This document shows positions 35,194 to 43,969 of a stretch of 64,000 nt of DNA, piece by piece; position 1 is the stretch's first letter; each line of letters starts with the position of its first letter. This DNA comes from a bacterium (GTDB lineage: Bacteria; Bacillota_I; Bacilli_A; RFN20; CAG-826): NCBI GenBank assembly GCA_963611815.1, contig CAVDSY010000017.1:350-64349 (forward strand), read 5' to 3'. The notes under the pieces are model-generated. The model was not told the origin of the DNA, did not search any database, and saw only the letters and a program-made list of their open reading frames with translations. Position numbers and translations under genes: made by a program.

Positions 35194-35833
35194 ATCCTCT
35201 TTCGTCTCCTCTTCCCTGCAAAGCCATTATCCAAACGCGAAATGCTCATTGATTTTCTCTTCACCTTATGAGTGTCTTGTCGCGGTTTTACTCTCCGCCC
35301 AGTGCACTGATAGGAAAGTCAACGAAGTCACCCCGGCGCTATTTTCTAAATACCCTGATATAGCCTCGCTCTCCGCAGCTGATGCGTCGGATATAGAAAA
35401 GATCATCCATTCGCTTGGCTTATATAAAAACAAGGCGAAAAACCTGCAAAACCTTGCTCTTTCTTTGGCTAAGAACCATAAGGGCGAGATTCCTTGCGAT
35501 TACGATTCGCTCATCTCTTTGCCGGGGGTGGGCAACAAAACGGCCCGCGTTGTCCTCATGGAAGCTTTTGGGAAGCCCTCTTTCCCCGTGGACACGCATG
35601 TCGCCAGAGTCTCTTGCCGGCTGGGCTTAGTCCCTGCTGGAAAGCCTCCGGAAGAAGTCGAAAAAAGGCTCGAAAACATTTTCGACGAAGGCGAGCAAAG
35701 CAAGCTCCATCACTGTTTCATAGAGTTCGGGAGGGATATATGTCACGCCGCGAAACCCGAATGCGAAAGGTGCTTCCTTGTGGGGCAATGCACTTATCAC
35801 TTGAAGAAGAGTTCTTTCAAAACCGGCAAGTAA
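35180..35833 (+). CDS. nth: Endonuclease III
   Basis: HhH-GPD pattern (LISLPGVGNKTARVV, VDTHV) and Fe-S cluster ligands (CHAAKPECERCFLVGQC). Confidence 0.9.
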   Translation: MKTSKSSFVSSSLQSHYPNAKCSLIFSSPYECLVAVLLSAQCTDRKVNEVTPALFSKYPDIASLSAADASDIEKIIHSLGLYKNKAKNLQNLALSLAKNHKGEIPCDYDSLISLPGVGNKTARVVLMEAFGKPSFPVDTHVARVSCRLGLVPAGKPPEEVEKRLENIFDEGEQSKLHHCFIEFGRDICHAAKPECERCFLVGQCTYHLKKSSFKTGK

Positions 35834-36411
35834 TCGTAACGCGGGGAGAACGTTTCTTTGACGAGCCGCCCTTTTTCTTCGATGAAAGCTAACGTCATCG
35901 AAGCCCTTGGCCTTTCCTCGTAGAAGGAAATGACGGTCGAGGCTGGCAGAAGGAAGGTTTTGCCCAGCAGCTCGAAATGAATCAGAAAGAAAGCAATGCC
36001 GTTTTGCTTCAATACGTTTTTGAGATGCTCGATTTGCTGAGGGGGGATGTTCGCGAGTGGAAACGAGGTTTTATTGCGCGTGCTTTTGGCTTCGAAATCG
36101 ATGTAGCGACCTTCGCACACGCCATTGTAATCGGTTGTGGACTGGGTTTCGAAATAGGCCTGAGTGATGGTTGCCCCGTGCGAATAGTCTACTTTCACAA
36201 CATTGATCGGAGTGGGCCGTTTGGTTATGAGACAAAGGCCCTTTTCGCGGTAGTAATCGTTTGACTCGTTGATGTCGGCTTCGAAACCCATCCCACGATT
36301 TCCGGCCAAAACGGGTGCTTTTTTGAAATTTGATTTGCTTTTTGCGGCGCTTTTGGAACCAAAAGGCTTTACTCCAGGAGGGTAGTTCACGCTAATTCCT
36401 CCCTCACCCAT
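35797..36411 (-). CDS. recU: Holliday junction resolvase RecU
   Basis: NRGMGFEADINESNDYY and DFEAKST motifs. Its 3' end overlaps the 3' end of nth by 37 bp (convergent). Confidence 0.85.
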   Translation of the reverse strand: MGEGGISVNYPPGVKPFGSKSAAKSKSNFKKAPVLAGNRGMGFEADINESNDYYREKGLCLITKRPTPINVVKVDYSHGATITQAYFETQSTTDYNGVCEGRYIDFEAKSTRNKTSFPLANIPPQQIEHLKNVLKQNGIAFFLIHFELLGKTFLLPASTVISFYEERPRASMTLAFIEEKGRLVKETFSPRYDYLPVLKELFFK

Positions 36412-37112
36412 GTTTGGAAATCCTGAGCAGATACGTCTTTTCCGTTAGCCAGAGCCAAGGCGGCTCTTCGCAGCGCGGTGCTCATCGTCCCCCCGTTGGA
36501 CAGAATCTTGATGTAACGCTGCTGTATGAGTTCTTTCTGCTCAAGAAAGGCGGTATAAAGCGAAACGAGGTTCCTTGCGTCGTTCAAGGCATCGTGGTTT
36601 TTGCCCACCATCGGAGCGCCAAGCATTTCGCAGGCATGCTGCAAAGAAAGGGTGTTTCCTCTGTCGTCCTTAACATAGGATGAGAGGAAGGAAGCGAAGT
36701 CCAAATAATGGTGCGATATGAAACGGACGTCTTCAATGAAGGAGTCGGGGTTGCGCTCGGCGGAGCTCTTAAGCATCACAATGTCCTGGCTCCCGTAAGC
36801 CAAGAACATGCTTTTGTACCAATCTCCTCCGACATATTTGCGGAAGCCCTGCTGGGCCAAACGGAATGAAACGCCGTCTTTTTTCAGCATATCGTCGGTG
36901 ATGCCGGTGATTTCTGTCACGATTGGGCCGACTTTGCTTTTTGGGAGCACGTAGCATTTGAAGGGCCGGAAGATCTTCTTCACGGTCAAATCGTCCTTCA
37001 AATAGACCTTGTAGGCGCCGATTTCGATTGCCTCGTGGCTGATCTGCGTTCCCTCAAGGTCGATGAAGACGATGACCTTGCAATCTCTTAGCTTTCTCTC
37101 AAGGGCTTTCAC
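36387..37112 (-). CDS. DEDDh-type 3'-5' exonuclease (DnaQ/KapD-like)
   Basis: Exo I (VFIDLEGT), Exo II (GSQDIVML) and Exo III (HDALNDARNL) motifs. GTG start at 37112. The 3' end overlaps the recU start by 25 nt. Confidence 0.7.
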   Translation of the reverse strand: MKALERKLRDCKVIVFIDLEGTQISHEAIEIGAYKVYLKDDLTVKKIFRPFKCYVLPKSKVGPIVTEITGITDDMLKKDGVSFRLAQQGFRKYVGGDWYKSMFLAYGSQDIVMLKSSAERNPDSFIEDVRFISHHYLDFASFLSSYVKDDRGNTLSLQHACEMLGAPMVGKNHDALNDARNLVSLYTAFLEQKELIQQRYIKILSNGGTMSTALRRAALALANGKDVSAQDFQTWVREELA

Positions 37113-37217
37113 AAGGGAAATTATAGCTTCCTATTGGCTTGTTTTTGTAGGTGCTATTTTTATCGCTTTCGTTGATAGGAAGGGTGGATTTGAATATAAT
37201 TCAAAAGGAGCTCGGGC

Positions 37218-37583
37218 ATGGAAGAGAAAACGATATTCCTGAACGCGGACGACATCCTCCGCGAGAAGTTCACCAAAAACGTCAAAGGCTACGATCCGGA
37301 TGAGGTTGACACCTTTTTGGACAGAGTGATGAATGATTACCGGGCTTTCGAGAAGTACTTCAAGGAAAGCAAAGCCTATATCGTCGATCTGGAGGGACAA
37401 CTCCGGAAAGCGAAGGAGGCCAATAGCCAGCTCACCATTGAAAACGCGAAGATGAGCACCCGCCTTGCTGGCGTGAAGGATTCTTCCGGGGTCAATTCGA
37501 GCAACCTTGAGTACATCAATCGCATCGATCGGCTTGAAAAGGCGTTATGGAAGGCAGGTATTGATCCAAGCAGTTATAGATAA
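37218..37583 (+). CDS. gpsB: DivIVA-domain cell-cycle protein GpsB
   Basis: FTKNVKGYDPDEVDTFLDRVMNDY followed by a coiled coil. AAGGAG SD. It lies immediately upstream of rnpB, as in B. subtilis. Confidence 0.75.
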   Translation: MEEKTIFLNADDILREKFTKNVKGYDPDEVDTFLDRVMNDYRAFEKYFKESKAYIVDLEGQLRKAKEANSQLTIENAKMSTRLAGVKDSSGVNSSNLEYINRIDRLEKALWKAGIDPSSYR

Positions 37584-37586
37584 CAG

Positions 37587-37916
37587 AATTCCGGTCTGGA
37601 CGACTGCTGCCGAAAGGTAGAGGAAAGTCCATGCTCGCACCGCCTGCGACGGCGGTAGTGATTGCGCTGGGGAAAAAATCAACCCCAGGCACGCGGGAGC
37701 GCGTGACGGCGGAGGAACTTCTCTTGAGAAGGGAATCCCCAAGGTGCCACAGAGACGAGCTTGATGGCGACATCAAGATGAAACGAGGTAAACCCCACAA
37801 GCGAGAAACCCAAATTTGGTAGGGGAAGCGACCGATCCGAACTGAAGGAAAGGGAGCCGGCGCAAGCCGAGATAAATTGCCGTCCTAGACAAAACATGGC
37901 TTATAGGACCGGAAAC
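37587..37916 (+). ncRNA. rnpB: RNase P RNA, bacterial type B
   Basis: P4 strands gaggaaagtcc (37620-37630) and acaaaacatggcttata (about 37889-37905). The block ggtaaaccccacaagcgagaaacccaaatttggtagggga is nearly identical to B. subtilis. P1 pairing is ttccggtc (37589-37596) with gaccggaa (37907-37914). Confidence 0.85.
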
Positions 37917-37931
37917 TCACTAATTTGAATC

Positions 37932-38573
37932 ATGAAAATCAATCTTCCAACAAAAATAACGATCCTGCGCATCGTCCTTGTTGCCGCCTTGCTCATCTTC
38001 CTTTTCGTTTGGGCAATAGGTGGCAAATTCTGCGGATGGGTAACGCCTTACCTAGGGAACGTGCCGCTAGTCGGGCTTATCAGCGCGATTGTCTTTGTCG
38101 TGGCTTCCGCGACAGATGCTCTGGACGGCTATCTTGCCAGGAGCAGGAACGAGGTCACTGATTTAGGCAAATTCCTCGATCCGATCGCCGACAAAATGCT
38201 CGTGAATTCGTGCCTGATTTTCTTCGCCGTGTCCTGGGAATTCAGCGCCGACACGCTGCGCATCCCCGCCTTTTGCGTAATTCTCATGGTTCTGCGCGAC
38301 CTCGTTGTCGACACGATGAGATTCGTCGCGGCTAGCAAAGGCAAGGTCGTGGCGGCGAATATCTTCGGTAAATTGAAGACGGTTTTCCAAATGATCGCGA
38401 TCCCGGTTGTCATGCTCAATGGCTGGCCTTTCTCTTATTTTGATTTATGCTGGAATCCGCTTTGGCGCATCGCCACTATCCTTATATATATAGCGACGGC
38501 GATGTCTCTCATCTCCGGCGTTATCTACGTAGTCATGAACCGTCATGTCCTGAAGGAGGAATCCCATGATTAG
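37932..38573 (+). CDS. pgsA: CDP-diacylglycerol--glycerol-3-phosphate 3-phosphatidyltransferase
   Basis: CDP-alcohol phosphatidyltransferase motif DALDGYLAR...GKFLDPIADK. Confidence 0.9.
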   Translation: MKINLPTKITILRIVLVAALLIFLFVWAIGGKFCGWVTPYLGNVPLVGLISAIVFVVASATDALDGYLARSRNEVTDLGKFLDPIADKMLVNSCLIFFAVSWEFSADTLRIPAFCVILMVLRDLVVDTMRFVAASKGKVVAANIFGKLKTVFQMIAIPVVMLNGWPFSYFDLCWNPLWRIATILIYIATAMSLISGVIYVVMNRHVLKEESHD

Positions 38574-39045
38574 TGCGCGCGATCTTTTGCAAAGGCTGGC
38601 TCAGCGCAATCTGAAGCTCGGCTGCGTCGAATCTTTGACCGGGGGGCTTTTCGGCTCGACGATGTGCGAAGTCCCCGGCGCCAGCGTCGTTTTCAAAGGC
38701 GGCGTGATCTCCTATGACCCAAAGGTCAAGGCCGACGTCGCTGGGGTGAAGCCATCCACGATTGAGAAATACGGTGTCGTCTCCCCGCAAGTCGCCATTC
38801 AAATGGCTGACGGCGGACGAAGGATCCTGGGCGTCGATGTCTGCATCTCCTGCACCGGCAACGCTGGCCCGGACGTCCAAGAAGGCGGCGAGCCCGTCGG
38901 AACGGTTTATCTTGGCTTGGCTTACCAAGGAAACGTCTGGAACATCCCCCTCCATTTGGAAGGCTCTCGCAACGAAATAAGGGAAGCCACGGTGGAAGCG
39001 ATGATCGCCTTCGCGGCCAGCTTGTTCCCGGAAGAGACAAAGTAA
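38566..39045 (+). CDS. Stand-alone CinA C-terminal domain (PncC-type nicotinamide-nucleotide amidase)
   Basis: CVESLTGGLF and ISCTGNAGP motifs. pgsA-cinA-recA order as in Bacillus. Confidence 0.8.
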   Translation: MISARDLLQRLAQRNLKLGCVESLTGGLFGSTMCEVPGASVVFKGGVISYDPKVKADVAGVKPSTIEKYGVVSPQVAIQMADGGRRILGVDVCISCTGNAGPDVQEGGEPVGTVYLGLAYQGNVWNIPLHLEGSRNEIREATVEAMIAFAASLFPEETK

Positions 39046-39098
39046 TTTGGGAAAAACCCGAAATATCACTTTATTGAATGGTGGAGGCAATATCAAAC

Positions 39099-40139
39099 AT
39101 GGTAAAAGCTAATCAAAACAACACCCCCGACAAAGACCAGGCCCTCTCTGATGCCCTGCGCTCAATCGAGAAAGCCTATGGGAAAGGCGCCGTCATGCGC
39201 CTAGGCGATCATCCGAAAGTGGATGTAGATGTCATCCCTACAGGCTCCATCCTCCTCGACCAAGCTCTTGGCGTAGGCGGCTATCCTAAAGGCAGAATCA
39301 TTGAGATCTATGGCCCCGAGTCCTCCGGCAAGACCACCCTTGCCTTGGAGGCGGTGGGACAAGCCCAAAAGAAAGGCGGCCGCGCCGCCTACATCGACGC
39401 GGAGCATTCGATTGATCCCGAATACGCCAAAAAGCTTGGGGTCAACATTGACGACCTTATTCTTTCTCAGCCTGATTCCGGCGAGCAGGCTCTTGAGATT
39501 TGCGAGATGCTCGCGCAGAGCAACGCTCTTGACCTCATCGTAGTCGACTCTGTCGCGGCCCTCGTTCCTCAAGCCGAACTCGATGGAGTGATGTCTGACA
39601 ATCAAGTTGGCTTGCAGGCCAGGCTCATGTCCAAAGGGATGCGCAAAATCGCCGGCGTCTTGGCGAGGACCGGCTGCACCGTGATCTTCATCAATCAGCT
39701 CCGCGAGAAGGTTGGCGTGCTCTACGGCAACCCCGAGACGACGACCGGCGGTCGTGCCCTTAAATTCTATGCGACAATCCGCATCGACATTCGTCGCGCG
39801 GAAGCCATCAAAGAAGGGTCGAATATGATCGGCAACACCGTTAAAGTGAAAGTCGTGAAGAACAAAGTCGCTCCGCCCTTCAAATCCTGCGTCATCGAGA
39901 TGATCTTCGGGCAGGGGATCTCGCGCGAAGGCGAGATGCTCGATCTCGGAGAGAAATACGGCTTCCTCAAGAAAACCGGATCTTGGTACGAATTCGAAGG
40001 AAACAAGATAGGAAATGGCAGGGAAGCCTGCAAGGCTTACCTCCGGGAGCATCCTGAAATAGCTTCCGCCATCGAAAATGGTGTGCGTGATGCCATCAAA
40101 AAGGAAAACGGAACTCCTTCGGACGAAGATGACGAGTAA
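39099..40139 (+). CDS. recA: Recombinase RecA
   Basis: GPESSGKTT Walker A and the full RecA pattern. ATG 39099 is preferred (GGAGG at 39083-39087). An alternative ATG lies at 39078. Confidence 0.95.
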   Translation: MVKANQNNTPDKDQALSDALRSIEKAYGKGAVMRLGDHPKVDVDVIPTGSILLDQALGVGGYPKGRIIEIYGPESSGKTTLALEAVGQAQKKGGRAAYIDAEHSIDPEYAKKLGVNIDDLILSQPDSGEQALEICEMLAQSNALDLIVVDSVAALVPQAELDGVMSDNQVGLQARLMSKGMRKIAGVLARTGCTVIFINQLREKVGVLYGNPETTTGGRALKFYATIRIDIRRAEAIKEGSNMIGNTVKVKVVKNKVAPPFKSCVIEMIFGQGISREGEMLDLGEKYGFLKKTGSWYEFEGNKIGNGREACKAYLREHPEIASAIENGVRDAIKKENGTPSDEDDE

Positions 40140-40152
40140 TAAATAGCAAAAA

Positions 40153-40176
40153 GGAAGCGCCATCGCTTCCTTTTTT
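40153..40176 (+). terminator. Intrinsic terminator of recA
   Basis: Stem ggaagcg (40153-40159), loop ccat, stem cgcttcc (40164-40170), then tttttt. Confidence 0.75.
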
Positions 40177-40202
40177 GTTGCTTGCACGGGTAGAATAGCC
40201 TA

Positions 40203-41381
40203 ATGAGCAAAGAAACGAATGTCTGTTACTTCCAGTCGGGCGGCCCGACTTCCGTCATTAATTCATCTCTCTATGGCGTCCTAAAAGAAGCCAAGAGAAA
40301 AGGCGTCCGGGTTTACGGCTCCCTCAATGGCGTTGAGGGCCTTATTTACGACAATTTGATCGACCTCTCCGCTCTTCCGGAAAGCGAAATCGAATTGCTT
40401 CCGCAAACGCCCGGCGTCATGCTTGGGTCGTCGAGAAAAAAGCTTGGCGAGGATCCCTCGATTTGGGATTCGATTCTAAAAACCCTGCAAAAGCACAATA
40501 TTTCATGTCTTTTGCCTAATGGCGGGAATGATTCGATGGACACCTGCGCGAAGCTTGGAGAGCATTTTTCCTCGAAAGGGATTGCTGTCGTCGGCATCCC
40601 GAAGACCATTGACAATGACCTTGCCCTTACCGACCATTGCCCAGGTTTTGCTAGCGCCTGCCGTCACATAATGAACCAGGTGAAGCTCATTTCCATTGAC
40701 GCTCATAGCTACGCCAAGGGGAAAGTGGTTCTCATCGAAGTGATGGGCAGAGAGGCCGGCTGGCTCGCCGCCTCCAGCGATTTGCTTCCTGCCCCTTATC
40801 ACCCCGACCTCATCCTTCTTCCCGAAGCCCCGTTCTCAGAAGAGACTTTCCTCGAAGAAGTGGAGAAGGCCTACAAACGCAAAGGCACCTGCGTCGCCGT
40901 CCTTTCCGAGGGAATCCCCGTCCATCATGACGTTCTTGCTTTCTACGATTCTTTCGGGCACGTCTCGCAAGAAGGTGTGACGCTTGAACTCGGGAAGATG
41001 ATAAACAAGAAACTTGGCATCGGCGTCAGAACGGTCGTTTTGAGCACGCCTGTTAGGGCCAACCCATATTTGGTCTCGAAGCAGGACTCTTTGGAAGCAA
41101 GCGAGCTTGGCGCCGCCGCTCTTTCAACGGCTTTAGAAGGCAAAAGCGGTGTCATGATGGCTATCAAGCGCCTTTCGGACGACCCATATATTTATGAAAT
41201 CGTGGCTGTTCCAGCGAAGGATGTCGCCAACAAAAACCGTCTCTTTCCTAGCGAATGGATTCTTTCCACTTCTTCATTCTCGCCTGAATTCCACGCTTAT
41301 CTGAGGCCGCTTCTAAAAGGTTCCATTGACGTCAAGACAGATGAAGAAGGCGTCTTCTTGGCTGCCTCGCTAGCCAAATAA
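40203..41381 (+). CDS. 6-phosphofructokinase with pyrophosphate-dependent signature residues
   Basis: PfkA family. GGNDS (Asp at the position equivalent to E. coli Gly104) and PKTIDND (Lys at the Gly124 position). Confidence 0.8.
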   Translation: MSKETNVCYFQSGGPTSVINSSLYGVLKEAKRKGVRVYGSLNGVEGLIYDNLIDLSALPESEIELLPQTPGVMLGSSRKKLGEDPSIWDSILKTLQKHNISCLLPNGGNDSMDTCAKLGEHFSSKGIAVVGIPKTIDNDLALTDHCPGFASACRHIMNQVKLISIDAHSYAKGKVVLIEVMGREAGWLAASSDLLPAPYHPDLILLPEAPFSEETFLEEVEKAYKRKGTCVAVLSEGIPVHHDVLAFYDSFGHVSQEGVTLELGKMINKKLGIGVRTVVLSTPVRANPYLVSKQDSLEASELGAAALSTALEGKSGVMMAIKRLSDDPYIYEIVAVPAKDVANKNRLFPSEWILSTSSFSPEFHAYLRPLLKGSIDVKTDEEGVFLAASLAK

Positions 41382-41444
41382 GCCGCAAATCAGCCCTCGT
41401 TTCCAAATTTTTGTCATTTTGCCATAAAAAGGCACATTTCTCGC

Positions 41445-41473
41445 TACTTTTTCATTGCCCAACTTGTTAGAAT
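41445..41473 (+). promoter_or_regulatory. Putative extended -10 promoter of rny
   Basis: TGtTAGAAT (41465-41473) with a weak -35 (tacttt, 41445-41450). The implied leader to ATG 41597 is about 115 nt. Confidence 0.35.
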
Positions 41474-41596
41474 AACCCCGTACCAAGAGGTATACACCCA
41501 TTCTCCTATTTGTTGGGTTGCTAGATAGAGTTCCAGTTTGACTATATAAGCAAATCATATATGTGGCCTGGGTGGTCTTTATACAGGAGTTTTATC

Positions 41597-43159
41597 ATGA
41601 ACGAATTGTCGATTACCTTCCTCATCCTCGCCATTGTCGGATGGCTTGCCGCCATTGCTTTGGCCGTGATTTTCCTCATTGGGAAAAGCAAGACCAAAAA
41701 CGCTTCTCGCAACGCCGAGGAAATCCTCCGTGACGCGAAAATCAAAGCCGATCATTTGACCAAGAACGCCGAGCTTGACGCCAAGCAAGTCGCTTTTGAG
41801 GCCAAAAAGAAGGCCGATGAGGAGATCCGCATCCGCAAAGGCGAGATCGCCGATGAAGAGAAGAAACTTGACGCCAGGGAACAATCCATCGACGCCAGGG
41901 ATGCCGCTTTGATCCAAAAAGAGAACAACCTCGACGCCAAGAAAGAGCAGCTTGAGCATGAAATCGATGTCAACAAAAAGAAGGGCGAGGAACTCGAATC
42001 CAAAATCAAAGTGATCCTCGAGGAACTAGAAAAAGTCTCCGGCATGTCGGTCAAAGAAGCCCATGATGAAATCATGGCAAGAGTCGAGAGCAAAATGGCC
42101 AGCGAAATCGCCGCTTACATCAAAAACAAAGAGGACGAGGCCAAGTCAGCCGTCGAGGCTAAAGCCACGAACCTTCTCTCTTTGGCGGTTCAGAAATACG
42201 CGCAGGACGTCGCTACCGAAAGGACCGTCTCCGTCGTCGCTTTGCCGACCGACGAGATGAAAGGCCGAATCATTGGGCGCGAGGGCAGAAACATCAAAGT
42301 CCTTGAACAACAGCTCGGCGTTGACCTCGTCATCGATGACACCCCCGAGGTCATCACGGTTTCCTGCTTCGACCCCATCCGCCGCGAAATCGCCAGGCGC
42401 TCCCTCGAATATCTAGTGAAGGATGGCCGCATCCAGCCCGGGAGGATCGAAGAAGTCGTCGCTAAGTGCAAGCGCGAAGTCGCCGAATCCACTCAGAAAT
42501 ACGGGCAGGAAGCCTGCTATAAGCTCGGGCTCAGCAACATCAGCCGCGAGCTCATGGGCTACATCGGTCGCCTGCATTACCGCACCTCCTATGGCCAGAA
42601 CGTCTTGCAGCATTCAATGGAAGTTGGCTATTTCGCCGGGATCATGGCCGGCGAGCTCGGCCTCGATGTGAATCTTGCTCGCCGCGCTGGCTTGCTGCAC
42701 GACATCGGCAAGGCCGTCGACTTCGAGATTGAGGGCAAGCACACCGAGCTCGGCGCTCAGCTTGCCAAGAAATACGGCGAAGGAGACGTCGTGCTCAATG
42801 CCATCGAAAGTCACCATGGCGACGTCGAGGCGCGCTACATCATCTCCCACCTCGTCGCGGCTGGCGACACCCTCTCCGCCGCTCGCCCCGGCGCCAGAAG
42901 CGAAACCATCGAGACCTACATCAAGAGGATCGAGCAGCTCGAGACGATCGGCAAATCCTTCGACGGCGTCCAGCAGGCCTATGCCTTGCAGGCCGGCAGG
43001 GAGATCCGCGTTATGGTCATCCCCGAGAAGATCAGCGATTCCGAGGCTGTCCTGATGGCTCAACAAATGAAAGAAAAAATCCAAAACGAGATGAATTATC
43101 CAGGCGAAATCAAAGTTTCGGTCATCCGCGAATACCGCGCGATCGAAACCGCCAAATAA
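41597..43159 (+). CDS. rny: Ribonuclease Y
   Basis: N-terminal TM segment, coiled coil, KH domain (GRIIGREGRNIK) and HD domain (LLHDIGKA). Confidence 0.95.
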   Translation: MNELSITFLILAIVGWLAAIALAVIFLIGKSKTKNASRNAEEILRDAKIKADHLTKNAELDAKQVAFEAKKKADEEIRIRKGEIADEEKKLDAREQSIDARDAALIQKENNLDAKKEQLEHEIDVNKKKGEELESKIKVILEELEKVSGMSVKEAHDEIMARVESKMASEIAAYIKNKEDEAKSAVEAKATNLLSLAVQKYAQDVATERTVSVVALPTDEMKGRIIGREGRNIKVLEQQLGVDLVIDDTPEVITVSCFDPIRREIARRSLEYLVKDGRIQPGRIEEVVAKCKREVAESTQKYGQEACYKLGLSNISRELMGYIGRLHYRTSYGQNVLQHSMEVGYFAGIMAGELGLDVNLARRAGLLHDIGKAVDFEIEGKHTELGAQLAKKYGEGDVVLNAIESHHGDVEARYIISHLVAAGDTLSAARPGARSETIETYIKRIEQLETIGKSFDGVQQAYALQAGREIRVMVIPEKISDSEAVLMAQQMKEKIQNEMNYPGEIKVSVIREYRAIETAK

Positions 43160-43162
43160 AAC

Positions 43163-43969
43163 ATGAGGATAATCTTCTTCGGCGATATCGTCGGATCCCT
43201 CGGCTTAGCCGCGGTATCCGACGTTTTGCCTTTTTTAAGGAAAGCCTACCATCCGGATTTTCTCATTGCGAATGGGGAGAACGTCACCAAAGGAAAGGGG
43301 CTTTCATACAAAGATTATGAATCTTTGATCAAGCTCGGCATCGATTGCGTGACCCTGGGGAACCATTGGCATAGCCGCAGCCAGATCGACAATTACATCG
43401 GCGAGGCCGATCTTCTTGTGAGGCCGGCCAATCTCCTCTCTTTCCATAAAGGCACCGGCAGCGCCGTCTTCAAAACGGAGGAAGGAGAGCTGCGGGTTAC
43501 CAACCTCCTTGGCCAAGCCTTCATGAACGAGGAAGTGAAATCGCCTTACGAGACGATGAACGACATCCTCGGAAAAGAAGAGACCAAATTCCATTTCGTG
43601 GATTTCCACGCCGATTCGACCTCCGAGAAGCAAACATTCGCCTATGGTTTCGATGGAGAGCTTAGCGTGGTGGTGGGGACGCATACCCATGTGCAGACAA
43701 ACGACGCGCACGTCTTGCCTTTGGGGACGGGGTACATCACCGACGTCGGCATGTGCGGCGGATATGAGACCGTCATCGGGGCCGAGAAGGAAAGCGCGAT
43801 TGAACGCTTCATGTATCAAAACGGCGAGGCCCGCCTCGCTTTCCCATCATTTGGCCCTGAGCAAGTCAACATCGTCATCATCGATCTCGACCCCATTTCG
43901 GGGCTATGCAAGAACATCGCCCCGAAGTTCTTCGTAAACGGAAAGGAAAAAAGCTATGGCACGGACTGA
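43163..43969 (+). CDS. ymdB: YmdB-family metallophosphoesterase (2',3'-cyclic-nucleotide 2'-phosphodiesterase)
   Basis: MRIIFFGDIVG...ANGEN...GNHW...DFHA motifs. Located directly after rny, as in Bacillus. Confidence 0.85.
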   Translation: MRIIFFGDIVGSLGLAAVSDVLPFLRKAYHPDFLIANGENVTKGKGLSYKDYESLIKLGIDCVTLGNHWHSRSQIDNYIGEADLLVRPANLLSFHKGTGSAVFKTEEGELRVTNLLGQAFMNEEVKSPYETMNDILGKEETKFHFVDFHADSTSEKQTFAYGFDGELSVVVGTHTHVQTNDAHVLPLGTGYITDVGMCGGYETVIGAEKESAIERFMYQNGEARLAFPSFGPEQVNIVIIDLDPISGLCKNIAPKFFVNGKEKSYGTD

